The translations under genes were made by a program, and so were the position numbers. Shown here piece by piece: positions 15,798 to 25,967 of a stretch of DNA of 33,931 nt (the first letter of the stretch is position 1; every line of letters starts with the position of its first letter). Source of the DNA: a virus (taxonomy: Duplodnaviria; Caudoviricetes); IMG/VR virus record IMGVR_UViG_3300016476_000798, positions 1 through 33,931 of that record, one strand, 5' to 3'. The notes under the pieces were generated by a model. The model did no database searches. It worked only from the letters and a program-made list of their open reading frames with translations, and was not told the origin of the DNA.

Positions 15798-16348
15798 AAC
15801 TTATACATTCAGATATAGATAACGAGCGTCTCGCTAAGGAGATGTTTGATCTAATCAAGCACTTTAATTTAGAGCAACATCCTCAAATCAGCATTACTAG
15901 CCTCGCCGGGGAAAACAATTGGATCAACAGCACCGGAAAACGGCACCTTCTCAAGTATCCAGAACGATATTTTAATAAAGTCAACGAATATCTACAAGGT
16001 AGCTACATCGAACAATGCATTAATCGTTACCCCGATTATTATCGTTGGAGAATCATGAAGGTAATTCCTCGAGCAACATACAGTATTCATGACGACGGAT
16101 TACCGTTTAGACAAAATATTAGGCTGCATATACCTATTATAACCAATCCACAATCATTCTTAACTTTCTATGATTTAAAACCGCAAGATGATACTACTGT
16201 TACTGTGTATCATGCTAATCTTAAAGTAGGCCATTCATATGAAGTTAACACTACAGGACTACATACTGCTGTCAACTACGGTACTGAAGATAGATACCAT
16301 ATGGTTGGTGTAAAGTATATCAAAGAACAAGTAAGAGGCCCAAAATGA
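15785..16348 (+). CDS. Asp/Asn beta-hydroxylase-like 2OG-Fe(II) oxygenase
   Basis: SIHDD (HxD), RLHIPIITNP, HTAVN.G..DR.H. Confidence 0.82.
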   Translation: MDYIKLIHSDIDNERLAKEMFDLIKHFNLEQHPQISITSLAGENNWINSTGKRHLLKYPERYFNKVNEYLQGSYIEQCINRYPDYYRWRIMKVIPRATYSIHDDGLPFRQNIRLHIPIITNPQSFLTFYDLKPQDDTTVTVYHANLKVGHSYEVNTTGLHTAVNYGTEDRYHMVGVKYIKEQVRGPK

Positions 16349-16887
16349 AAATAGCAGTTACAGGACACACTAGGGGAATTGGTAAAGCTATTGCTGAGCT
16401 ATACTACACTGACGAAGTGTTAGGATTTAGTAAAAGCAACGGATATGATTTAACAGATATTGCTGCAATTGATAGGATTGTTGCTGAATCGCTAGACTGC
16501 GATGTATTTGTAAACAATGCGTACAACGGTACAGCGCAAACAACTATATTTGAAAAACTATTAGACCACTGGAATTTAGATTCTTCAAAAACTATTGTTA
16601 ATATGAATAGCAGAACTATTTACAATGGACCTAATCAGCGCCAGTATACCTCAGACAAAAAGCTACTAAGGTCTAGTGCTGTTAATGCAATTCGTGATGT
16701 TAATAGAAAATGTCGAGTAATCAACATTAATCCTGGTTACATTAAAACAGATATGACACAAAATGTGCATCATAAATTTAATATGCTGACACCCGAGCAA
16801 TTAGCAAGTATGGTTAAATGGTGTTTAGACCAACCCCAAGGTATTGAGGTTGGTGAATTAAGCGTTTGGTGTACTACGCTGGACTAG
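16345..16887 (+). CDS. Short-chain dehydrogenase/reductase
   Basis: TGHTRGIG, FVNNA, YxxxK (YTSDK), INPGYIKTDM. Confidence 0.9.
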   Translation: MKIAVTGHTRGIGKAIAELYYTDEVLGFSKSNGYDLTDIAAIDRIVAESLDCDVFVNNAYNGTAQTTIFEKLLDHWNLDSSKTIVNMNSRTIYNGPNQRQYTSDKKLLRSSAVNAIRDVNRKCRVININPGYIKTDMTQNVHHKFNMLTPEQLASMVKWCLDQPQGIEVGELSVWCTTLD

Positions 16888-17269
16888 AGCAACTGCACTT
16901 AGCTTCGTAATCGCTAATTGCTGCTTTAATAGCATCTTCTGCTAAAATACTGCAATGTATCTTAACTGGGGGCAGTGCTAGTTCTTCGGCTATCTGAGTA
17001 TTTTTAATCTGGCTAGCCTCTTTAATACTTTTTCCTTTGACCCATTCCGTAACCAACGAACTACTCGCGATTGCCGAACCACATCCATATGTCTTAAAGC
17101 GGGCATCTTGAATAATTCCATTTTCGTCTACTTTGATTTGAAGCTTCATAACATCACCGCAAGCCGGTGCTCCAACCATACCTGTTCCCACTGACGGATC
17201 GCCCTTCTCAAAACTACCAACATTTCGGGGATTTTCGTAGTGGTCAATGACTTGATTTGAGTAAGCCAT
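16874..17269 (-). CDS. iscU: Fe-S cluster scaffold IscU
   Basis: MAYS..VIDHYENPRNVG, APACGDVM, FKTYGCGSAIAS, LPPVKIHC. Confidence 0.98.
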   Translation of the reverse strand: MAYSNQVIDHYENPRNVGSFEKGDPSVGTGMVGAPACGDVMKLQIKVDENGIIQDARFKTYGCGSAIASSSLVTEWVKGKSIKEASQIKNTQIAEELALPPVKIHCSILAEDAIKAAISDYEAKCSCSSPA

Positions 17270-17295
17270 AACCATCCTTTCTAAAGTGATACAAA

Positions 17296-17316
17296 TATTT
17301 ATCACTATGATAAATA
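17296..17316. promoter_or_regulatory. Back-to-back late-like promoters
   Basis: Inverted repeat TATTTATCA-CTA-TGATAAATA between divergent genes. Confidence 0.72.
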
Positions 17317-17321
17317 CTAAT

Positions 17322-18953
17322 ATGAACAAAGTCGTTATATATCCTGGTAGATTTCAGCCTATGCTGAGTCACCATGCTGAAGTATTTAAACAGCTTCAAT
17401 CACAGTTTCCTGATGCTGAAGTGTATGTTGGTACTAGCGATAAAGTAGAGCTACCTAAAAGCCCTTTTAACTTTAAGGAAAAACAGCTAATTGCTGCTGC
17501 ACACGGTATCCCGGCTGATCGTGTACTAGCAGTAACTCGTCCTTATAATCAGGAAGATTACGCAAAATACTTTAACCCAGCAGAAACAGTGATTATTTTT
17601 GCGGTTGGCGAAAAAGATTTAGATCGCTTTCCATTCAATAACACAGACCCAAAAACAGGTTTAGATATGACCGTTAAGGGCGAACCAAAACCCAAGTACT
17701 ACCAGAAGATAAATACACTACAAGCAGATCCAAAGCCAATGAGTGAGCGTGGGTATATTACCCTTGCTCCTACTATTAAAATTGGTGATGAAGTTGCTAG
17801 TGCTAGTGCGTTTAGAGATGCGCTAAAAGCTGCACCAGATGCAGAAACAGCAAAGCAGATTTATACTAAGCAGTTTGGTACATATAACGAAAAAGTTTTC
17901 AACTTAATTTATAACAAAATAGCGAGTGCAAATATGAGCGAACAAATTAACATCCTAAGAAAGCTAGCAGGTCTTACTGTTGCAGAAGCAGCGCCTGTAG
18001 AATTTAGTGGCGCTGATGCAAAGGCAGCAAAGTTTTTACCACCTAGCACTTCAAGTGCAAAGATGAGTATTGCTAACCGTTTTCCAAAGGGTGCAGATGT
18101 AAACGATCCTAAGGTTAAGCAAGAGCAGTTTATTCAAGCATTGCTACGCTCACCAGAAGCACTAATTGCAGAGTTCAGCGAAAGACTAGATCCTAAAGAC
18201 GACAACAGCCTAGCAGTTGGTCAGAAGCTAAGTGATATTGTTCAGCTTATGAACCAAAATGATACAGGTGTTTCAGGACTTCCAAAGGACCTAAAGCAGT
18301 TTGTACTAGATCTAACAGTTAATGCTGTTAAGAATATGGATCTAAGTGCAGGCGATAATAGCCCTGCATACGACGATGGCGAAGATGATTTTGAAAAGGA
18401 AAGTGTCGACTTAAGCACCATTCGTAACGACTACGGTATTGAAGAAACAAAGCCAGATTTTCTAGACTTAGATAAAGACGGCGACGAAGAAGAATCAATG
18501 AAGAAGGCTGCTAAGGATAAAGTCAAAGAAGGCGATGACGAAGAAGATGAGGAAGATTGGGACGACGAAAGCTGGATTCCAAGTGAGGATGATTTCCAAA
18601 AAGAAATTGATCGCGGATACAAAGGTCGTACCACAGAAGAAACTGAGGATGACAGCGATGATGAATGGTACGACAAGGATGGTAATGTAGATCCTAATGG
18701 TGCGTTTGATGCTGCTGGTCATTATTACCCAGAGCGCGATGATCGTTACGAAGAAGCAGTTAACCCATACGCTGTCGGAATGGCACAAGCTATGAAGTCA
18801 ACAGGTGATCGTCCTCCACTTAAGAAGTCAACTATTAAGAAGGGTCATAAGATCGCTAAAGCCGTTGCTAAGAATGAAGCAGTTGAGGAAACCTCAATTA
18901 ATGCTATGGAAGCTGCACTAGCAGAACTACGTAAACTAGCAGGACTAAGATAA
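17322..18953 (+). CDS. Cytidylyltransferase-like domain fused to an acidic, modular C-terminus
   Basis: YPGRFQPMLSHH (HxGH-like), SPFNF.EK, GEKD.DR, SAS.FR; then LRKLAGL twice and D/E-rich tracts. Confidence 0.72.
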   Translation: MNKVVIYPGRFQPMLSHHAEVFKQLQSQFPDAEVYVGTSDKVELPKSPFNFKEKQLIAAAHGIPADRVLAVTRPYNQEDYAKYFNPAETVIIFAVGEKDLDRFPFNNTDPKTGLDMTVKGEPKPKYYQKINTLQADPKPMSERGYITLAPTIKIGDEVASASAFRDALKAAPDAETAKQIYTKQFGTYNEKVFNLIYNKIASANMSEQINILRKLAGLTVAEAAPVEFSGADAKAAKFLPPSTSSAKMSIANRFPKGADVNDPKVKQEQFIQALLRSPEALIAEFSERLDPKDDNSLAVGQKLSDIVQLMNQNDTGVSGLPKDLKQFVLDLTVNAVKNMDLSAGDNSPAYDDGEDDFEKESVDLSTIRNDYGIEETKPDFLDLDKDGDEEESMKKAAKDKVKEGDDEEDEEDWDDESWIPSEDDFQKEIDRGYKGRTTEETEDDSDDEWYDKDGNVDPNGAFDAAGHYYPERDDRYEEAVNPYAVGMAQAMKSTGDRPPLKKSTIKKGHKIAKAVAKNEAVEETSINAMEAALAELRKLAGLR

Positions 18954-19297
18954 TGAACGACTTAGAAAGATTACAAAAGCTAGCTGGCATTCTTAAAGAA
19001 GAACCAGAAACTGGTGACGAAGTTGTAAAGACTGTAGTTGGTCACGTAGATGATGAACCAGACATGCTTCGTCAAGAGCTTTACAAGATCGGCAAATATG
19101 CTGTAGAGCTACACAAGATGCTAAAGGAAATTCCAAACGGTGATCTTCCACAATGGTGGACTTCTAAGATTGTACGTGCCAGTGATTACATTAGCAGCGC
19201 AAAGCACTACTTAGAAGCAGAGCTAAACAATCCAGGTGATGAAGTTGCTGTTAGTGTTGATGTTCAAGACAACACTGACCCAAGCGGCGTTAGCTAA
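18953..19297 (+). CDS. Probable head-associated protein with LQKLAGI motif
   Basis: Coupled start; MNDLERLQKLAGILKE; LPQWW.SKI..A.DYI...KHYLE. Confidence 0.65.
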   Translation: MNDLERLQKLAGILKEEPETGDEVVKTVVGHVDDEPDMLRQELYKIGKYAVELHKMLKEIPNGDLPQWWTSKIVRASDYISSAKHYLEAELNNPGDEVAVSVDVQDNTDPSGVS

Positions 19298-20141
19298 TCC
19301 AACTAGTATTAAGAACTAATTGTTCTGCATAAACGGGCCAGAAGCGACCAGCTCTTGGCCCGTTATTTTTTGTTCCATCACTCTCACCCGGGATCTTAAT
19401 CCACAAGTATGCATCACAAAGTGGATGATCAGTGTTTGTAGTAGGTGACTGCCCTATTGCTCGTCCCGGTGGATTGCACCATTCATTACCATATGGCCCG
19501 TTACCATTACGGCTAGTATCTACTACAAAGTGATTATACTGTGTGTACTCGCCTACACGTTCTGCCCAGCTAACAGATTCTGCTGTAGTGCGGAAATTGC
19601 TTACGTTAACACTAAAACCGCGAACACCGGGAACGCATACAGTGTTTAGTAGTTTACCTGCTTCTTCAGGGCTAAGCCAGTTACTGTGGCCAATGTCAGC
19701 ATATACAATTGCGTTAGTCTTACTTGTAAGAACAGTTAGTGCTTCGCGCATCAACTTTTGACGCCATTGTGCGTCTGCTGGCTCCATTTGTGTACTGTGA
19801 GGAAGTGCATCTGGTTCAAATATAACAATAGGTGCAAGTTCGCCTACACCTAGTGCAAAACTTTCAATAAACTCTAGATAACTATCTGCACTACCTGCTC
19901 CGCCTTTGCTGTAGTGGCCCATATCACGGTTAGGAAGATTGTACAGCACAAAAACAGGAAGGCTTGGCAGCGTTCGTCGGAACAATCTTGCCAAGCTCTT
20001 CTCTAAATGTTTAACGGGTTTGCCGTTCCTTTGGCCGTACCAGAACGCAACTGGATGCTCAAATATCTTTCTTACTAGAGGATATTTTTCTGCATGGTCC
20101 TGTACACGGTCAAAGTTGTTAACATAGAACGGATAGTCCAT
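19290..20141 (-). CDS. Glycoside hydrolase family 6 (endoglucanase/cellulase)
   Basis: YNLPNRD, IFEPDAL, DIGHSNWL, GFSVNVSNF, DTSRNG, WCNPPGRAIG, DAYLWIKIPGESDG. Confidence 0.93.
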   Translation of the reverse strand: MDYPFYVNNFDRVQDHAEKYPLVRKIFEHPVAFWYGQRNGKPVKHLEKSLARLFRRTLPSLPVFVLYNLPNRDMGHYSKGGAGSADSYLEFIESFALGVGELAPIVIFEPDALPHSTQMEPADAQWRQKLMREALTVLTSKTNAIVYADIGHSNWLSPEEAGKLLNTVCVPGVRGFSVNVSNFRTTAESVSWAERVGEYTQYNHFVVDTSRNGNGPYGNEWCNPPGRAIGQSPTTNTDHPLCDAYLWIKIPGESDGTKNNGPRAGRFWPVYAEQLVLNTSWIS

Positions 20142-20148
20142 CCTTATC

Positions 20149-20664
20149 TCATCGTTTAGCTAGTGCTCGCGATAGTTTTTCATAACGCTTGTTACGCTTA
20201 TTTATAGCCATCTTTAGTTTCATATCGCTAACTAGGTTAACAAATAGTACACCCTGAAGATGATCGTATTCGTGCAGGAAGCAACGTGCATCAATACCAG
20301 TTAGTTCTTCTTCTACTACAGTTACGCCGTCTGTCTTTGTGTATCGTACTTTAATTGTAGCGGGGCGTGTCATTACCATATACAGTAGTGGAAAAGTAAG
20401 ACAGCCTTCTTCCATACCTACTGAACCCGTAGCTTCTAGAATCTCTGGATTGTAAACGCCGATTAGCCCATGTTGGCTATGCTTCATAACAAACATACGA
20501 TATGGGTCACCAATTTGTGGTGCTGCTAAACCAATGCCAAAGCGGCGTTCCATAAGTTCAAACATTTCGCTTTCGCGATCAGCCCAAGCAATATCAGTAC
20601 TAAAAGGATCAACTGTTGCGGGGCTGTTTAAAACAGGATCTTTTGCGTCAACTACGTCTAACAT
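20149..20664 (-). CDS. def: Peptide deformylase
   Basis: GIGLAAPQIG, EGCLT, HEYDHLQG. Confidence 0.96.
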   Translation of the reverse strand: MLDVVDAKDPVLNSPATVDPFSTDIAWADRESEMFELMERRFGIGLAAPQIGDPYRMFVMKHSQHGLIGVYNPEILEATGSVGMEEGCLTFPLLYMVMTRPATIKVRYTKTDGVTVVEEELTGIDARCFLHEYDHLQGVLFVNLVSDMKLKMAINKRNKRYEKLSRALAKR

Positions 20665-20667
20665 ATT

Positions 20668-20994
20668 TTACCTCAAATAATCTTTCTTGTCTGTTACCTT
20701 TGCCCACTCATCTGCATCGGGCAATGGATCTTTCTTTTCAGTGATGTTTTTATTGCTCCAAGCACGGCTAAGATCACTGTTAAGTTCTATCATAAAACGC
20801 TGATCGTCGGGAATGTCGCGTTCTGAATAAATTGCGTTTACCGGGCATTCTGGCTCGCATAACGAACAGTCAATGCAAGTGTCAGGATCAATGACCAGCA
20901 TGTTCTCTCCTTCATAGAAACAATCTACAGGACAAACACTTACACAATCTGTATACTTGCATTTAATACATGCTTCTGTTACAACGTATGCCAT
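20668..20994 (-). CDS. fdxA: FdxA-type dicluster ferredoxin
   Basis: [18 protein letters not shown] and [12 protein letters not shown]. Confidence 0.95.
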   Translation of the reverse strand: MAYVVTEACIKCKYTDCVSVCPVDCFYEGENMLVIDPDTCIDCSLCEPECPVNAIYSERDIPDDQRFMIELNSDLSRAWSNKNITEKKDPLPDADEWAKVTDKKDYLR

Positions 20995-22286
20995 TATAGC
21001 TTCTCTCCTGGAGCGAATCCGCGGAATCGTAAGAAGCGAGGGAAGCGTAGGCTATAACTACCGTCTTGATTTTGTGTTACAGCATCAGCGCGGACTTCAA
21101 CAATGTTACCAACACAGCTATCGCGGTGAGTCCAAAACTCATCTCGGTTAGAGTCACTAAAGCCACTCCCAACATTGACAGTAATAGTTCTGTTGTCGTC
21201 AACTCCGGAGCAAACAAAAGCGCCAAGTCGTCCCACGTTTCTTCCAGTGCCTTCTTCAACATTTACAACCTCCAATGAAACTTCAATGAAGGGCTTAGAC
21301 TTCAGCCATGCTGCACTGCGCTTACATTCATAAGGCGCATCCAAGTCCTTAATCATAATACCTTCGTAGCCGTTCTCTACTGCACTCTTGTTGTACATAG
21401 CAAATAGCTTACGACCGTCTTCTGTTTCTAAGTCAACCACAGCATGGTCTAGTACAGTAACATTAGGCAGCGCATTCATGTTATTCTGGTACCATTGCTG
21501 TAGCCATGCGGTGCGCTCACGCTGCTTTAGATTGTATTTGCCTTGTTGAAAATCTGCAAGAGGAATAACATCAAATAGGTGCAAGACTGCGTCACCAGCC
21601 GCTACGTTTTCCTTTCGGTGGACCTGCTTCATTAGGTCCTGGAAGCTGCTGCTCATGATCTCGCCGTCGAACATATAAGGCTTCGTCAAGCCAGCCGCTA
21701 CTGTTGCGAACTGCTCCTTGATGTGTCCAAAGTTTAGTAGTTCCTTGCCGTTGCGACTGAACTGATCTACTCGCCCATCCGGATAAACTAGTGTTAGTAC
21801 ACGTACTCCATCCAGCTTTACTTCTAGCATCTTTTTGCCACATACCTTGCTTTCATGGTTAGCACTGTCATGACTCAGCTGACATTCAAAAATAGGAATA
21901 GCGCCCTTAACAACTTTGTTAATGGTCTTTTCGCTTACACCGCAACGTAGGTCCTTGATAAGGATACGGCGGTACCAATAGTTCCACTGCTCTTGTGTAG
22001 CAGTGTTCATCATTGTGTTTACTACGTCACGAGCTGTATTACCGGTGACGTTGCGAGTAGTGAAACCAGTAATAGCGAGAGTAAAACTATCCCAATCCAA
22101 ACCAGAACCATCTTCATTTGTTTTCTCCGGAATTTGTTTAAGCCCAAATGTAATCATTGGGTCTAGAGCGAACCTACAACCTTCCAAAAACTCTGAGTTG
22201 TCTCGATTAGCATCAATAATCTGCTCCTTACTGGTACGCAGATTGTTTGCTTCTAGTTCCTTAATAATTTGCCAAGGGTTAGTCAT
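20994..22286 (-). CDS. lig: ATP-dependent DNA ligase
   Basis: [36 protein letters not shown]. Confidence 0.96.
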   Translation of the reverse strand: MTNPWQIIKELEANNLRTSKEQIIDANRDNSEFLEGCRFALDPMITFGLKQIPEKTNEDGSGLDWDSFTLAITGFTTRNVTGNTARDVVNTMMNTATQEQWNYWYRRILIKDLRCGVSEKTINKVVKGAIPIFECQLSHDSANHESKVCGKKMLEVKLDGVRVLTLVYPDGRVDQFSRNGKELLNFGHIKEQFATVAAGLTKPYMFDGEIMSSSFQDLMKQVHRKENVAAGDAVLHLFDVIPLADFQQGKYNLKQRERTAWLQQWYQNNMNALPNVTVLDHAVVDLETEDGRKLFAMYNKSAVENGYEGIMIKDLDAPYECKRSAAWLKSKPFIEVSLEVVNVEEGTGRNVGRLGAFVCSGVDDNRTITVNVGSGFSDSNRDEFWTHRDSCVGNIVEVRADAVTQNQDGSYSLRFPRFLRFRGFAPGEKL

Positions 22287-22316
22287 TTGATACCTTACAC
22301 ATTTAATTTACTTACT

Positions 22317-22345
22317 ATTATAACAACAAAAACTCTGTTTGTCAA
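22317..22345 (-). promoter_or_regulatory. sigma70-like promoter for the ligase operon
   Basis: Perfect TTGACA-N17-TATAAT. Confidence 0.85.
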
Positions 22346-23472
22346 GAGCACAAGCTATCAAACAGTCGATTAAATTCGGATATGTTTTTGGGTAGAGAAT
22401 TAATAATTGTGTGCTTATTATGCTCAATTACCGTAGGATTTGTATTTTGCCATTGTACTAATTCTGCTTGGGTCATCGAACTTAACTTAGCGCATATGTT
22501 TTTAATCTCGCCCAACAATAGATACAATCTTTTTTCAGTGTTAGGTTCCAAATCAAAACTTAAATCAAACCAATCCTCATATGTTTTAAGGCCAAGGTTA
22601 GTCATTTGCCATGTATTAACACCCGGTGTGCCCCAAACTAATACTGGGACTGAATTTACGATTGGTTTAAAAAGTTTCTCAGTGTTATGTACATGCAAAC
22701 CTTCTTGATAAGACTCCATGCATACATCAAATACAACTTTAGAATAAACTTCAGGTAAATGCGACATTACCTGATCAAATGGCATTTGATCTGTTAGCGG
22801 TGACTCAGTTGACACTTGCATTTCGTCCGCTGCTAGAAAAAAATCTAACATACTATCTTCAACCTCAAACCCAGTATGATCTGATATTTGATTCTTAGAA
22901 GTTATTTTAGGATGAGAACATAACGCATTAGATTTTAAAATTTGATCAGTGTTAATAAGATATATTAGCTTTGATCGCCAATATCTAGGTTTGCGATTTA
23001 AACAACTAAAAAAGTATTTTTTATCATTGGTACTAGTTACAGTGTGCAAATCTTTAAAAAAGCTATCTAGTGTATTAATATGATATAGATTACGATAGGA
23101 TGGATATAAACTTTTTTCTATTCCATCACCTGATAAGTAATAAAAATTTGAAAAGTCATAACCATGTTTATTGAAACTAGCGAGAAATCTCTCAAAGTAT
23201 GGGAAGTCAATATGTGACCCTTCAATAGAGCAATCAAAAATAATTTTTAGATTGCCCTTGTATAAATCGTGCAATAATCGGTTAGAGAAGAAACTTAACG
23301 GATCAAAATATGTTACTGAGAGATCTAGATTGCTGTATTCTGGTTCTAGTAAGATGTAGTTTGTGTTAGATGGTATTTTTTCTATGTATAAGTAAAAATA
23401 TTCATCTATACTATAACTAGCTTCTTTAAAGAATAAATTAGGTCTAATACCTTTGGTAAATATTTGAGGCAT
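22342..23472 (-). CDS. Glycosyltransferase-like protein, 'ET..TEK' family paralog 3
   Basis: FSCLNRKPR, CMES..NTEKLFKPI..PVLVWGTPG..GLKTY..FD. Confidence 0.6.
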   Translation of the reverse strand: MPQIFTKGIRPNLFFKEASYSIDEYFYLYIEKIPSNTNYILLEPEYSNLDLSVTYFDPLSFFSNRLLHDLYKGNLKIIFDCSIEGSHIDFPYFERFLASFNKHGYDFSNFYYLSGDGIEKSLYPSYRNLYHINTLDSFFKDLHTVTSTNDKKYFFSCLNRKPRYWRSKLIYLINTDQILKSNALCSHPKITSKNQISDHTGFEVEDSMLDFFLAADEMQVSTESPLTDQMPFDQVMSHLPEVYSKVVFDVCMESYQEGLHVHNTEKLFKPIVNSVPVLVWGTPGVNTWQMTNLGLKTYEDWFDLSFDLEPNTEKRLYLLLGEIKNICAKLSSMTQAELVQWQNTNPTVIEHNKHTIINSLPKNISEFNRLFDSLCS

Positions 23473-24800
23473 TATCGCCCCTTCTTGCTCTCAAATACAT
23501 AATCGTGTAGTTGTACATTAACGTATTCAGCTAGTCTAGGATACAATGCTTTCCAATCTAAGTTGCGGCGCTTATCTAACTCATCTAAGTGAGAGCGGAA
23601 ACGATACATTTCATACTTATTTGGTGTTGCGTTAGAAAGCTGCTTTCGGATGCCTTCGAGGTATGAAATATCTCTGTTGAAGGTTTGGTTTCTGCTTTCC
23701 AGTGTGCGTAATAATTGGTCAATTTCGGGAACGCAGAAATCACCAAAGATACTTGGATTCATCCACTTAGGATCTTGAATAGTGTTCCAACTGTAGAAAA
23801 TTGGCTTAGGCTTACCCCAAGGCATAATCTGGTTATCTTCCCACTTAATAATATTATCGTATAGCTTCCACATGGTTGGTGTGGTTAGAGAAGTGATTGT
23901 ACTATGTACTTGTAGCTTTACCCAACGCTTGTTGTGCAGTAGTAGGAAGTTGCGCTCCCATTGCTCTAGGTCCATACCGTAACGAGCATACTCTGCTTCC
24001 GGACCCCAACAATCCATACTAGCAACAACTTGGAAACTCTTTAGCTTCTTATCAGCAATTAAGCGTTCAATCTGATCTAGCTGCTTTTCTAGACGTTCAG
24101 TCTTATGCTTAAGGTTACTAAAGATATGCCACTCTAAGTTGGGGCAAGGATTCTTATCAAACCATTCAATACAACGATCAAACTCTGGCTGGTATAATGG
24201 TTCGCCACCGAGGATCTGAAACTTGTATAGACTCTGACCGTGCTTGTCCATCCAGTTCCAGAACTTTTCACGCATGATGTCATAGTCTGGATTGTTAGGC
24301 CACTTGTAGACTTCTAAGTCGTCTTTAAGAATCTCACCGAAGCGTTGATTCTCTGCTTGGATAACACTGCTAAACTTAGCACTACAATATGTACAGGCTT
24401 GATTGCAAAGGTTGCTAAAATACACTTCTAGCAGTCTAGGTGTTACTGATGTAGCCTTTGGATCCTGCTGCATCTCTGGCGGAAGCATTGGCAAGTCTTT
24501 GATGTAGGACTGACGTTCGCTTGTGCCGCCAACATCTTCTACTACTTTACAATACTCGCAACCATTACCAGGCCATTGACCTTGCAGCATCTTTTCACGA
24601 TCCTGCAACTTACCGGGGACGTTGTGAAAGTCCTCAATAGTATCAACAGTTACGGGCCAGTGCTTACAGCGATGGCAACTACTGGTTGTACCAAAGTTCA
24701 AGAACAGTGTACTCCATGTCCATTTAAACTGACATGCAGTGTCCTTGTTGATTGGTAACTCGTTCCAGTGCTTGTAATGCTTTGTATAGATTTCGCTCAT
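23472..24800 (-). CDS. Radical SAM protein with N-terminal Cys-rich (twitch-like) region
   Basis: CNQACTYC, GGEP; N-terminal C..SCHRC..CEYC. Confidence 0.88.
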   Translation of the reverse strand: MSEIYTKHYKHWNELPINKDTACQFKWTWSTLFLNFGTTSSCHRCKHWPVTVDTIEDFHNVPGKLQDREKMLQGQWPGNGCEYCKVVEDVGGTSERQSYIKDLPMLPPEMQQDPKATSVTPRLLEVYFSNLCNQACTYCSAKFSSVIQAENQRFGEILKDDLEVYKWPNNPDYDIMREKFWNWMDKHGQSLYKFQILGGEPLYQPEFDRCIEWFDKNPCPNLEWHIFSNLKHKTERLEKQLDQIERLIADKKLKSFQVVASMDCWGPEAEYARYGMDLEQWERNFLLLHNKRWVKLQVHSTITSLTTPTMWKLYDNIIKWEDNQIMPWGKPKPIFYSWNTIQDPKWMNPSIFGDFCVPEIDQLLRTLESRNQTFNRDISYLEGIRKQLSNATPNKYEMYRFRSHLDELDKRRNLDWKALYPRLAEYVNVQLHDYVFESKKGR

Positions 24801-24846
24801 GCTACTATTTACCAAGCATTAAATACGCTGTTATTTTTTACTGATT

Positions 24847-25233
24847 TTAGTCAGCGGTTGGAAGTGGAATTTCTACTAAGTTATGTTCCCGATCGAGATA
24901 CTTCATCTCAACAAGAACAGGATCAAACTCAGCTAGTGCATCAACTACATCGTAAGGATCGAGCGGACCACAAGTATATACATCCAGTTGCATCATAGCA
25001 GGACTTTCCTCGTCCCAAATGTGCATAGCGATATGACTGGTCTCGATAATAGTTACTGCTGTAAGTCCTCGATTACCTGGGACGTCACAATAAGTTGCAT
25101 ACGGACCCATTAGTGTTTTCATGCCAATCCTGTCAATTAGATTAGGCATCCATGTTTCTGAAATATATTTTGGGTCTACTGCGGGTTTATTAATTTCTGC
25201 TCGAATAATAAGATGTTTGTGAAACTGAGCCAA
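24847..25233 (-). CDS. speD: S-adenosylmethionine decarboxylase proenzyme
   Basis: GLT...IETSHIAMHIWDE (self-cleavage SH) and DVYTCG. Confidence 0.88.
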   Translation of the reverse strand: MAQFHKHLIIRAEINKPAVDPKYISETWMPNLIDRIGMKTLMGPYATYCDVPGNRGLTAVTIIETSHIAMHIWDEESPAMMQLDVYTCGPLDPYDVVDALAEFDPVLVEMKYLDREHNLVEIPLPTAD

Positions 25234-25245
25234 TAGTGTATCCTC

Positions 25246-25434
25246 TTAGTCCTTGCTATCTAGCGGGCGAAGTTCGATCTCGCCGTTAACTTTACGCCAC
25301 TTAACAAAGTTCTTAGAGACTAGAATATCAATAGTAAGCCCAGAGCCACGAATAACGCCGTGCTTGAATGCCATGATGCCAGTTACAATCGAACCAGCTA
25401 CATAACCAATTATTAGAGCAACTTCAAGCGACAT
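25246..25434 (-). CDS. Small single-TM protein
   Basis: SD AAGGAGA; hydrophobic N-terminus. Confidence 0.7.
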   Translation of the reverse strand: MSLEVALIIGYVAGSIVTGIMAFKHGVIRGSGLTIDILVSKNFVKWRKVNGEIELRPLDSKD

Positions 25435-25477
25435 CTACATCTCCTTAAACTGGTACCTGCTTAGAGGTATTAAAAAC

Positions 25478-25562
25478 TGGTGCGGGCGGCCGGACTCGAA
25501 CCGGCATGACCAAGGTCGTCAGATTTTAAGTCTGATGCGGCTACCAATTACGCCACGCCCGC
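25478..25562 (-). tRNA. tRNA-Leu(UAA)
   Basis: GCGGGCG/CGCCCGC acceptor, TCAGA-CTTAAAA-TCTGA, variable arm, ACCA. Confidence 0.96.
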
Positions 25563-25967
25563 ATTTTTGCGTCTAATTGCTTCCGCAATCTTCTGCTTAT
25601 GTTCTTCACTTTTAGGCTTGCCTCTGTTTCCAGAACCATTTTTATTGCCTATTCGCTTATTCATTGCTTTCGCATTTTCTAAGCCATGTTTTTCAACTCT
25701 ACGAGTCCAAACATCTTTCCACGTACCATTTTCTTTTTGGTCTTCGATGTTGTCCTTGTATGTCCCCCAGTACATATGTAACGGGTTAGAACAGTTTTGA
25801 TTATGACATGCATGACACAAAACTATGTTCCTATCAACATAAATTTCCGTACCTAAATAGTCTGCAAGCAATCCTCTAAACATTGTGGAATTACCACCTC
25901 GTTCTTTACATGCTTCAGCCAAATTTAAGTGTGATCGTCTTTCTTCTCTTGTATTAGGTAAACACAT
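25548..25967 (-). mobile_element. Free-standing HNH/His-Cys-type homing endonuclease with NUMOD3-like tail
   Basis: LCHACHN..C.NP.H...GT..DN and GKPKSEEHKQKIAEA; SD GGAGG; late motif at 25990-25997; stop lies inside tRNA-Leu. Confidence 0.8.

Noticed and set aside
18470-18760. Tandem repeat or CRISPR array in the GAY/GAR-rich stretch
   Set aside because: The low complexity reflects Asp/Glu codons; no fixed repeat-spacer period was seen here or elsewhere.
25451-25470. CCA-ending microhelix TACCT-CTAAGC-AGGTA-CCA after tRNA-Leu
   Set aside because: Only 5 bp; easily chance or an ordinary processing hairpin.
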